In this document: positions 38,475 to 51,398 of the stretch, in pieces
Position numbering within the stretch: the stretch's first letter is position 1
Layout: the number at the start of each line of letters is the position of its first letter
Origin: Octopus sinensis
Lineage: Eukaryota
DNA length: 64,000 nt
NCBI RefSeq assembly: GCF_006345805.1
Contig: NC_043019.1
Span: 14,941,360 to 15,005,359 of the forward strand
Direction of reading: 5' to 3'
Notes under the pieces: model-generated
The model's input: the letters and a program-made list of their open reading frames with translations, nothing else
What the model was told of the DNA's origin: nothing
The model's database searches: none
Position numbers and translations under genes: made by a program

Positions 38475-38785
38475 TATACAGTGGTGGACAGGCATGATTG
38501 CCAGCTTGCCCCTTGGCAAGTGGGCCAGTGAGCCATTAGAATCCATATATGGTGGTGGTGGTGGGGGGTCCATGTTACTATCTAAGGGGCCCATCCTCTC
38601 AGGTTTGAGAATTTTTTATTCATTCCTAGAAGAATGCATTAATTATTTCAGCCTGGCTGTGTCTGCAGACAGTTGAAAGGAATACTTTTAACAAAAACAA
38701 AAAAAAAATAATAAATGATAGCATTGTAGTTGTGGGTTGGGCCCCCTTAGCCTCCTGGCAACCAATATTTTTAGACCCAGTCCGC

Positions 38786-38826
<41 letters not shown>

Positions 38827-39335
38827 GTGGTCAAACATGCCACCATATAAGGGTGAAGCAAAATGATTAGGAAAAGGTTAAAATTATACTGAAATATTTC
38901 TCATTTCAAATGGTAGACATGATAACTTGCATAAAAGAATTTCTGGCCCTCATGCCGGTGGCACGTAAAAAGCATCCACTACACTCTCGGAGTGGTTGGT
39001 GTCAGGAAGGGCATCCAGTTGTAGAAACTCTGCCAGATAAGATTGGAGCCTGGTGCAACCATCTGGTTCGCCAGTCCTCAGTCAAATCGTTCAACCCATG
39101 CTAGCATGGAAAGCAGACGTTAAACGATGATGATGATGATGATATATATATATATGATTGATCGTTAGCCACTACACACATTTTTTTCTCTCCTTGTTTT
39201 TTTCTGTGTCCCTTTCTGTAGAAGAGCGTAGGCTCGAAACGTAAAAGACTTTTTCTATTCCTGAGCGTTATACTAATACATCTGTTTGATTTGTACACCA
39301 CCTGTCTTTGTATTTTGTTTTTTTTTGTGAACTCT

Positions 39336-39372
<37 letters not shown>

Positions 39373-42300
39373 TTATTTAGATATACAAAAAAATATGCAT
39401 TGCTTTTCTGAAGAAGAAAATCAAACATGGATGCACAATGGGAACTAATAGAAAATGAACTCACTTTGAATCCTTTGAATCAGGACCCAGGTGTTGCAGG
39501 AAAAGGTCGATAGCTTTGCCACAGGAAAGAACAGTTGCTATTCGACGATCATCTCTGAAGTTGCATACGAAAAAACACAATCGAGAAAATTGGTTAGAAA
39601 TCAGCTCTCAAAGAGTTTGCACACAGAAATACAATGCAGAAGACAAGCTAGGAAGAATTCTTTGATTTGGTTACATGTAAAATATACAATATGAAAGTCT
39701 AATTAGCAACATGTTCTTAATGAGGTTCCATATCCCGTTTATTTTCTACCTTTTGTTTCGGTCATTGGAGCACCACCTTGAAGAGTTTCAGTCGAATAAA
39801 TCGACCCCGGGGCTTACTTTTTTTTTTTTCTCAAGCCTGGTATTTACTCTATCAGTCTCTTTTCTGAACTGTTAAGTTACAAGCAAATAAACACGCCGAC
39901 ACTGGTTGTCAAGCAGTGGCAGATGACAAACACAAACATGCACGCACACAACAGGCTTCTTTCAGTTTCCATCTACCAAATCCATTACAAGGCATTGAGC
40001 AGCCCAAGGCTATAGTAGAAGACACTTGCCCAAGGTGCCACACAGTGGGACTGAACCTGGAACAATGTGGCTGTGAAGTAACCACATGGTAGTGGTGGTG
40101 GTGTGTTGGTAATAGTAGTAGTAGTAGTGTAATGAGATTAAGTGAAAGCCAACTTACTTTTCGAGTCCGCAGAGAGATTTATAGAGCAATGTTGTGGCGT
40201 GTTTCTCTATGACACTCATGAATGGTTCCAGCTGGTTGGGGATCGGAAGACCGTGGACCTGTTGCAGGAGACAGAAATATTAGTAACATGGAGTAAACGG
40301 TCCAGACTATCAGATATAGAAGCATGTGCATGTGCATGGTACATGGCTGTGCATCGCTGCACCGGAATATAGAGTTTGCTTTGTTACCTTTAGCACACGG
40401 TGCCAACCAAATTCTATCTCATTTTGAGAGACTTTAGAGTGACCGATATCTTGTGAGGGATCTATTTTTTATCTTTTACTTGTTTCAGTCATTAGACTAC
40501 GGCTATGCTGGAGCACTGCATTCAAGACTTTGTAGCCGAATGACTTAACCTCTGTGCATATTTTTATTCTTTCTAAGCATGGTCTCTTTTGGTCTCTTGC
40601 TGAACCACAAAGTTAAAGGGATGTAAACACACCAACACTGGTTGCCAAGAGCTGGTGGAGGACAAACACAATGACACACACTTTGTATATATCTCATCAT
40701 TCATTTGTTTAACATCTGCTTTCCATGCTAGCATGGGTTGGACAATTTGACTGAGGTCTGGTGAACCAGATGGCTGCACCAGACTCCAATCTGATCTGGC
40801 AGAGTTTCTACAGTTAGATGCCCTTCCTAACACCAACCACTCCGAGAGTGTAGTGGGTGCTTTTACGTGCCACTGGCATGAGCACCAATCAAGCGACACT
40901 GGCAGCATCCATGCTCAAATGGTGCTTTTTATGTGCCACCTGCACAGGAGCCAGTCCAGCGGCACTGGCAGCGACCTTGCTCATATATACACACAACAGG
41001 CATCTTTCCGTTTCTGACTACCAAATCTACTCACAAGACTGGTCAGCCTGAGGCTATAGTAGACACACCCACACCAGTTATCAAGTGGCTGTGGTGGTGG
41101 TGGGGCAAACACAAATATAACACACACATACATATGTGTGTATGTGTGTATATATATATTTCATAAACATCAAAATAAAGATTCAAATGGAAATTGTAGT
41201 TAAGACACCCATGCCAGTGACACGTAAAAAGCACCGTCCGAACTTGGCAGATGCCAGTGCCTCCTGACTGGTGTCCGAGTCGGTGACATGTAAAAAGCAC
41301 CAACCGATCGTGGCCGTTTGCCAGCCGCCTCTGGCCCCTGTGCCGGTGGCATGTAAAAAACACCCACTACACTCATGGAGTGGTTGGCGTTAGGAAGGGC
41401 ATCCAGCTGTAGAAACACTGGCAAATCAGACTGGAGCCTGGTGCAGCCATCTGGCTTACCAGACCCTGGTTGAACCGTCCAACCCATGCTGGCATGGAAA
41501 ACAGACGTTAAATGATGATGATAATGATATATATATATATGTATATACACACACACACACATATATACAAAAGAGTCTTAGAGTTTCCATCAACCAAATC
41601 CACTCACAAGGCTTCATTTGGATTTAGGCTATAGTAAGAGACACTTGCCCAAGGTGCTATGCAGTGGGACTGAACCTGGAACCATGAGGTTGGGAAGTCA
41701 ACTTCTTACCACACAGCCACACATTAAAACATTTCCACTTGCCTTGTGGATGTTACACGAACGTGTAGAAAGCACCGACCATTCACAATTTATAAGCAAG
41801 AGCACTGAGAGAGTGCAAACCTCCGCCAAGGCAACACCAATATCCTCTCAACAATTATATAGAAATGATTCTTTAAAATGAGAATATCTGAAAGAAACTC
41901 GACTAATCTGAGAAAAGAGAATACTAAAAATGAACCCAACCACTCACAAAAATTAAGTAGAAAACAGGAAAAACAATCCAGAATCCTTGTCTGGTACCGG
42001 ATCGATCCCCACATCTAATCAGTTTGTGCCAGTCAGGAGGCAAAACATTCCTGAAAGTTTGATCAGAATCCATCCAGCGGTTCTTGAGATATCTCGTCCA
42101 CGGACAAACAAAGAAACAATTGCAACTGAAAACAATACCTCCACCTTTGCTAAGGCGGAGGTGATAAAGAGGATGTGATTTCAAAGAAATTTAGATGCCT
42201 AGTAGTTGGGAAAAGGTAAAAAAAAAAAAAGAAGAAAAATCAAATGCAGGTATGTTATAACCAATAAAAGGGAAGACAGGTGTTTGACGAAGTTGATTTA

Positions 42301-44311
42301 ACGAACCTTTCTTGCAACTAAGTCGTCTCGGGCTTCGATCCACTTAATTCGTTCTTTAGTGTTGAAAGAGTCAATACCTGCCAAAATAGTCAGAATATGT
42401 TAAGAGGACAACAATTAACCAGAGCAAACAAAACAAAACAAACATGTCAAAAGAATAAAATGGATCTCCATCAGTTACGACAACGAGGGTTCCAGTTGAT
42501 CCGATCAATGGAAGAGTCTGCATGGCACCTTGGGCAAGTGTCTTCTACTATAGCCTTGGGCTGACCAAAGCCTTGTGAGTGGATTTCATAGATGGAAACT
42601 GAAAGAAGCCTGCCGTATACTCATCTTCTATGTACTTTATCTTGAGCATGATGACACAGCCACTGAAGTCACAGTTCAGTGATGTTACAATTCAGTGATG
42701 ACACAGTTCAGTGATGTCAGGTGGGTGTCACGGGTCAGCAATGACACTGGTCAGTGATGTCACAATTCAGTGATGTCACACATTGGCATTGTCACATTCA
42801 TGATGTCACAGTCATTGATGTAACAGTGATGTTACAGTTTTGTGGTGGTGGTAGTAGTAGTGATGGTAGTGGTGGTGGTAGGAGTAGTAATAGTAGTAGT
42901 AGTAATGGTAGTGGTGGTAGTGGTTGTAGTAATAGTAGTAGTAGTATTGATGGTAGTGGTGGTGGTTATAGTAGTAGTGGAAGAGGTGGTGGTACTAGTG
43001 GTTATAGTAGTAGTGGTGGTGAGAGTAGTAGTAATAGTAGTGATGGTAGTGGCACTGGTTATAGTAGTAGTGTTGGTGGTAGTAGTAGGAGTAGCAGCAG
43101 CAGTAGTATTAGTGGTAGTAGTAGTAGTAGTAGAAGGCCGCGAGCTGGCAGAAACGTTAGCACGCCGGGCGAAATGCGTAGCCGTATTTCGTCTGCCGTT
43201 ACGTTCTGGGTTCAAATTCCGCCGAGGTCGACTTTGCCTTTCATCCTTTCGGGGTCGATAGATTAAGTACCAGTTACGTACTGGGGTCGATGTAATCGAC
43301 TTAATCCGTTTGTCCGTCCTTGTTTGTCCCCCTCTGCGTTTAGCCCCTTGTGGATAGTAAAGAAATAGGTAGTAGTAGTAGTTTTAGTAGTAAGCATGTA
43401 GAGGTGATGGTGATAGTAGCAGTAGTAGTTTAGCCTTCCAGGTCTTCCAAAAAACTGAAGCAACACAGACTGCGCAAACAACCACAACAAAAGCCACAAA
43501 ACAAACAATATGCACAACAACAACAGCAACAAGAACAAGACGTAAAGGGTCGCCCTCTGCGCTTTCTTCTTTCTTACCGAGAACCTTTTCAATCTTGAGC
43601 CTGTCGTACAACATGTCACTCTGGCAGTAGGCGACCTTCTGTGCCAACATGTGGTAATGTAGCAGGTTGGGGCACAACGAGGGCTTCGGGATCAACACCT
43701 CGTTGTTGTCACTGGCCACGGGAATACTGATGGGAGCTGAAACAAGACAACAGACATAAAGGGATTACTTACAAGGTACTGGTGGTGGAGATGGTGGTGG
43801 TAGTTGAAAATAGGTACTGAACTGTAGAAGAGGTGGTGGTAATGGTGATGGCATTAATAATAATAATAATAGTAATAATAATAGCAATAATAATAATAAT
43901 TATGGCTATAATCCTAATGATGATAATTGGTTAAATAAATATATTCACCTGTCAAACTACCTGATATTTTATGATATATATAGTATCGTATATGTGTGTG
44001 CGTGTGTGTTTCTCCCCCCACCATTGCTTGACAATTGATGCTGCTGCTGTGTTTACATTCCCATAACTTTGTGGTTTGGCAAAAGAAACTGATAGAATAC
44101 TAGGCTTACAAACAATAAATCCTGTGGTCGATTTTTTCGACCAAAGGTGGTGCTCCAGCATGGCCCCAGTCACATGACCGAAACAAGTAAAACAATAAAA
44201 AAAACTATGCCATTTTAATCCCGGGCAAGGCCGGGTATCTCTGCTAGTGTATGTATATATATATATATATATATTTAGATATACATATATATATACATAT
44301 ACATATGCTAG

Positions 44312-44363
<52 letters not shown>

Positions 44364-47300
44364 TACATATATATATACATACTTACACATATATATACAT
44401 ACACATACTTACACATATATATACATACACATATATATAGATTTATCATCATCCTCATCATTTAACATGCATGCACGATTAAGACGGTTGACAGGAGCCA
44501 GCCAAGTAGAAGACTACCCTAGGTTACTGTGTCTGTTTTGGAAGGGTTTTTACGGCTGGATGCCCTTCCTAACCCCAACCTCACTGCAGAGTGGACTCAG
44601 TGCTTTTTACGTGACACTAGGACAGGTGAGGTTAGTTTCGGCATGATTTTGACAGCTGGATGTCCTTCCCAATGCCAACCACTTCACAGTGCGGACTGGA
44701 TGCTTTTTACATGGCACCAGCATTGGTCAGGGTCACCAAGTAACGTGCAAGACAAGGGGATTCTGAGAGGGGCAGGGGGCACTTGAGGAGGGGAACTTGT
44801 GTCAGAGGATGAAAAGTTAGAGTGAGACAGAGAGGCAAAAACAGGTGTCTTGCCATAAGAGGGAGGGGGGCATTGGAGGTGGTGTCTTGCCATAACGGAA
44901 GGAGCAGCAGTGGAAGATGGTAAAAGGTTAGCGCATGACTGAGAAATAAAGAGTCATTCTCAACCTGTCGATGGATGGACAGATTGATCGATTGATTAAT
45001 TCATCAATGGTCGATCCGAGGACATAGCAAAAGACATGCAGTGGAACTGAACCCAGAACCACATCGTTGGGAAGTAAGCTTCTTGCCACACAGCCACACT
45101 TGCGCCAATCACTTGAGTATGTCTGCATCAGTCAGAGCCGTGATGGTATCTTGTGCCACAGTCCCATTCGATTCCTTGTGGAGGCCCATGGCCTAGCGGT
45201 TAGAGCAGCGGACTCGCGGTCGAGGGATTATGGGTTCGAATCTCAGACCGGGCGATGTGTGTGTTTATGAGCGAAACACCTAAGCTCCACGTGGATCCGG
45301 CAGAAGGTAATGGCGAATTTTTGCTGACTCTTTTGCCACAACTTTCTCTCACTCTTTCCTCCTGCATCTTGCAGCTCACCTGCGATGGACCGGTATCCTG
45401 TCCAGGTGGGGAAACTTATACGCCAAGGAAACCAGCCCTTATGGAAACCAGGCGTGGCTCGAGAAGGAACAAACAACAACATTCATTTCGTTTCACTACA
45501 CCAAGAAGATATCAAGAGAAAACTGGAACCTACCAACTTTCCTTATTTCTATTGGTCCGTACAAACCAGAAAGAACTGAGCAGAGGGACTTGATGGTTCT
45601 GGTGATGTTTGTTGATTTTAGACTGAAGAAAATGAGAAAAAGAGAAACAAAAGACAAGCATTAAAATTATTATCATTCATCAATGGTTGGCAGCAAATTG
45701 GCTGAGTCGTTAGAAGGTTGGCAGCAATGCCTTGTGCTATTCATTACAACACTCTCCATTCCAAGTTCAAATCCCAAGGAGGTCAAGATTGCCTTTTAAA
45801 GGCCAGTAAACAAAGTGGTGTTTAAGTATAGCAGAGGAGGTGGCCATATCTTTACCTTTCTCTTTCTCAATCTATCTGTCTGTCTGCCTACCTGTCTATG
45901 TCTATCTATCTAACTGTCTGTCTGTCTGTCCCTCCATACATCTATCTATCTGTTCACCTATCTATCCGACTGTCTCCCTGCCTACCTGTCTATATACCTG
46001 TTTATTTATCTACTTGTTTATCTACCTGTCTCTGTATCTATCTATCTATTTACCTGTCTGTCGGTCCGTCTGTCAATCTATCTATCTATCTGTCTACCTA
46101 CCTATCTATCTGTCTACCTATCTATCTATCTATCTACCTACCTACCTACCTACCTATCTACCTGTCTATCTATCTATCTTTACTGATCTCTCTCTCTCTC
46201 TCGGATTAGTCATTCTCAATTGGGGTCCATCTAAGAATTTACTGTTAAACTTTATGTGCTATTTACTGGTTAAACCTCCACAATAAAAAAAACCATATCT
46301 TACCAATTCTTTATACAATTCCTAACAACATTCAATCATAAAAATATAATGGGATTTTTTTAAACAATGGTTGGCTTTGGGGGTCCCGTAGAATAAAACC
46401 ATCATCGTCATTTAATGTCTGTTTCCCATGCTGGTATGGATCAAACAGTTTGACAGGAACATGCAGCCCAGTCCGGGAATCGAACTCACAACCTCACAAT
46501 CGTAAACTCGACACTCTAACTACTGAGCCATGCGCCTTCACACACACACACACACACACACACACAACACTATTTGCGTGGCAAGATGCCCTTCCTGATG
46601 CCAACCTCCACCTGTTTTCTTCTTCTGGGGTGGATAAAATGAATCACCAGCAAAGCAATGTCCCCCTCCTTCTGCAACTACAGCAAGACACCTGTATCGG
46701 TCTCCTGACACAGATCCACATCCCCTCAAGACTACTGCCCCCACTCCCAGTTGAGGAGGGTCTGTTGTCTTGCAAGGTACTCGGTGATCTTGTCAGTGCT
46801 GGTGCCACGTGAAAGGCACTGCTGCCAGTGCCACCTAAAAATGCACCGAGTACACTTTGTAAAGTGGTTGGCATTAGGAAGGGCATCCAGCCATAGAAAC
46901 CATGCCAAAGCAGACTCTAGTGCGAGTGAAAGTGATTCAGAAAACGATTATAATATTTTTTATTATAAATGATCTCGACATTTTTTTTTTTTACTTTAAA
47001 TAAAATATTCTTTACATTCTACTGTTGTTTTATTGCCCTTTATTTACGAATATTAAATAGGTAAAATATTTTATAGGTAAAATATTTTTTCTGGGAACGA
47101 ATTACGATTTATAAGATTGCTTTTACCTTACGAGTTTTCGCTTTAAAACTGTTTCTGTGTCCCAAATTCACTCACAAGGCTTTGACCGGCCCAAGGCTGT
47201 AGTAGAAGACACTTGCCCATGGTGCCAAGCGATAGAACTGAACCAGGAACCATGTGTTTGGGGAGCAAGCTTCTTACCACGCCTGAGGCTAGATACATAT

Positions 47301-50300
47301 TTATAACACCACAGGCAGTTTGGATAGGAATCGATTTAGTATGATCGAACGGTATTTATTTTATTATGCTAATGTTGGTATTTGGGACCCAGATATCATT
47401 AAGCAAGCAAGATAAATCTCCCTCTGTCATTTGAGGGAAATTTGGCTGCTATATCTAAGGGGTCACGAGTCCATACAGAGCCTCCATTTATCGTTGGATC
47501 GTTTGTAAGGTTAGTTGAAAGAACAAAAAACCACGACTGCAAGAAGCTAAGAAAGTGCGCAGACGACGAGGATGGAATTAGCAAGTGTGTGCAAGGGAGG
47601 TAACTTAGACATGTAGATGGGCGATCTTTGCTGACAAGTGTCCGGTGTACGTCGAAGGATAATAATAATAATGAAATGATTGTATACGGTGCTCAGGTGC
47701 ACCACAACTTGTCAGAAAGTGTGTATAAAGTGTATGCAGTAATGTACAAATGTCTGGAAAGCGAACAATGTATGAGTCAGATACATGCTTGTGTGTGTAT
47801 AGAGGGGAGTAAATCAGGTGTAGTGTTGGCGAATCTCGGAAAGCATGGAAGTTTTGAAGGATGCAGTGCTCCGACAACTAACAACTGATGCCGGCAGTTT
47901 GTTCCATGCTTCAGCAACTCTCAGCGTGAAAAAATGTTTCCTAAAGTCATGGGAGCTGTGCTGTTTTCTGACTTTGTAAATATGTCCACGGGTGCTAGAC
48001 GGGTGGAGTTTGAAAAGGTGCTCAGAGTTATGGTACCCGAAGCAGATGGGGACCAAAATAAGGTGGATCATAATGAGATCAGAGGTGGGCAAGTACGGGA
48101 AGTATTCCAAGCTTACATTCTGACGGTACTACTCGAGAACAGTCGTCCCGGTGCGTGCACTCGTGCAAGCTAGTCATGACTAGTCGATCCCTACTTTGTG
48201 TTTTATTTACTTTGTTTAACAAAAGTTATTTACTTTATGTAAAAAAAAATTATTTATTCTGAGTTTTAATTACTTTGCTAGGTAGTCGTTGTAGGATCGA
48301 CTAGTCATGACTAGCTAGCGCTGATGCGCGACTACGTGCACCGGGACCACTGTTCTCAAGTAGTACCCATTCTGACAGCAGTATTGTATTACGCCTGTGA
48401 GTAAAGTACTTCTTTCACAAAAAATATGGTAGAAAGAATCTATGGTGATGTTATGGTTGACACTGGGAATTGGAAAGTCTTAGCAGTTCCAAAGTGGAAA
48501 TAAGTTTTATAATCAAGGAAAAGGAAACTCTAACCCTTCAAGCAGAATCATTTGTTTATTAAGGGATATTTTATGATGGTAGGAATGAATATACCGGAAA
48601 CAGAATGAGAGAAAATCTGAGAAATTCCAAATTGCACTTTCGTCCTGATCTGAGTTTTTTTTTTAATAGACACCATGAAGTTAAAATATTTCAGTATTAT
48701 GAAAAGAACCATCGGATCTTTTCGGTTTGAGCGGCAGTTTTTAAAAATAATTTCCACATAACTAAACACTGGTGGAATTTAGACCAACCATTATCATTAT
48801 CATCATTTAACATACCCTTTCCTGTTTTTTTTTTTTTATTTTGTTCCTTCTCGAGCCACGCCTGGCTCATAGGGCCGGTTTCCTTGGCGTATAGGTTCCC
48901 CACCTGGACGGGACGCCGGTCCGTCGCAGGTGAGCTGCAAGATGCAGGAGGAAAGAGTGAGAGAAAGTTGTGGCAAAAGAGTCAGCAGAAGTTCGCCATT
49001 ACCTTCTGGTGGAGCCAAGTGGGGCTTAGGTGTTTCGCTCATAAACACATACATCGCCTGGTCTGAGATTCGAACCTGCAATCCCTTGACTGCGAGTCCG
49101 CTGCTCTAACCACTAGGCCATGTGCTGCCACATTCTCTTTTCCGTACTTGCATAGGTCACACAGAAATTTGTTGGGGAGTGGGGGGGGGGGGAATTCAGC
49201 AGCTGGGTGCTCTTCCTATCACCAACCCTCACCTGCTTCCCCAGCAAAATAATATTACTTCCATAGCTAGATATGCTTCCAATACCTCACAGCTTTGAAA
49301 TTTCTCTGATGTGATTGTTTATTATTAAAACGACATTGTAAGATAGGTGTGAGAAGCTAGATGTAGGTAGAATAGTTTGGTTGGTTTAAATGCTAAAGGG
49401 TTGAAAATATGCGTGTCTGTGGAGTACTCAGCCACTTGCACATTAATTTCACAAGCAGGCTGTTCCGTTGAATGAATCAAATGGAACCCTTCTCGTCATA
49501 AATGATGGAGTACCATTAAAGATGCTTCGCAGGAACATTAAACCAACCCACAGCATCATACCGGTATATCATTTCACACATTGTCTCCACCTGTCTTTGA
49601 GAAGAAGGACTTTAGCAGGATTTGACTGGCCTGACAAAAAAAAAATTTCTTAATAAAATTTAAAAGAAAAACAGAAAGATATGATTTTTTTTACATTCTG
49701 CGAAGTACCAGTCAAACGTATAAACAACATATATTATAAGAAAAAACACATATTACTTACAAAATTTCTTCATTCTTCAGTTCACTGCTGATCAACTTGT
49801 GTTTCTCAATGTAATCTTTACGCAGGGACAAACCTAGGCTGTAAGTCTGGTAATGACCAAGGGATGTCAGCTGTGCACTAATAGCACCACCCTAAACAAA
49901 AACATCAATTTCTTTAATATATGTATTTTTTTAATAATATACTGTTAATATCAGGAAATCAATATTAGGAAATTCTTTAGAAAGATATATACGTGTGTAA
50001 AATAATTGTTGTATTAAAAATATATGTAAATATGTATAAGTATAAATATATAATGTATATGACAGTTTAAAAGTTTTGAATTAAGTATTTAAAGCATCTT
50101 ACAATCGTTTCACAGAAGTGCTGTCCCTGAAATGAAATCCTATATTGATAAGCATTTATAGACAACTCTTCTGCTCTTCAGAGGTATAAAATTTGAATTT
50201 TGTATAACATATCAAATGGTAATTAAAAAAAAAAAATTGAAGTAAAACTGTAAAATGGTATTTGTTTGAAATATAAATTAAAAATTATAAATTACTGCTT

Positions 50301-51363
50301 TTGTTGAGTCTTTAAATCCATCTATGCTTCCTTGGTTAGTCTTCTGTAATAATCCATAATATTCATATGTAAAATCCGTTTGTATTCCAAATATAGTTCA
50401 TATACTTAGATAATATAGAATAATGGAATCTTGTATTGATAAACATTTATAAATAACTCTTCTTCTCCTCAGTAATATCAAATGTGAAATTTGTATATAC
50501 TTTAGTATGAGAATCTTGAAATTCATATGTCTTCTTGGTGATTCCTCTGTAGCAATCCATAATAGTTTTGTATAAAATCCATTATACTGTCCGGTAATCC
50601 AAATATAGTCATATACTTGTATTAAATATTTCAGTGTTATGACCTCAACTTCTTTAATAACATGCAACATTTGAAAGTTTGAGGGTTAGGGAGTGAACAT
50701 GGTGTATTATTACCCGGGCACAGCAACACCTTAAACAAAGAAATCAAGCACTTAACCTTTTTTGTCTGTCCTTGTATCTGCCCTGGCCATCCATGTGATA
50801 TACAGGACATTTCCTGGACATACATGCTTCATATACGGTGTATGGATGCTAGGGAAACTTGGGAACTGTAGACAGTGTGTGTGTGTGCACATGTGCTGAC
50901 CTTCTGTAGCCTCACCACCTGTTCCCCTCTGAGTGAAACACTGTGCGATCTTTTACCTCTTACTTGCTTCAACCATTAGACTGTGGCCATGGTTCTGCAA
51001 ATCCACGAAGCGGGTCGAAGCTGATCTCGCAGTGTGGAAGACAAAGCATCTAATATTTCTGAGTAGATTCTTCATCAAAGACAGGGAGGTTTCCAAATGG
51101 CGATGAATAAAACCGACTGTGAGTAACGATTGAGGTGAGGCAGATATTCGGTCTACTGGTTAGTTATACAACTCTGTCACTCGTATCAGTCATTCGACTG
51201 GGGACTGTGGCCATGCTGGATCACCTCCTTGAAGAATACTCCAGTAGTAATATTTTTTAAAACCTAGTACTTATTCTCTTGGTTTCTTTTGCTGATCCAC
51301 TAAGCTACAGGGATGTAAACACACCTACACTGGTTCTGAAGTGGTGGTACGGGACAAACACAT

Positions 51364-51398
<35 letters not shown>

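Noticed and set aside
42650-42840. CRISPR-like array
   Set aside because: Contiguous degenerate 15-bp minisatellite with no unique spacers, in a eukaryotic context.
42754-43266. 170-aa Ser/Gly-rich ORF and its overlapping Thr- and Val-rich ORFs
   Set aside because: A (GTA/GTG)n tract plus a SINE inside ACP6 intron 5, open in several frames only because of the repeat.
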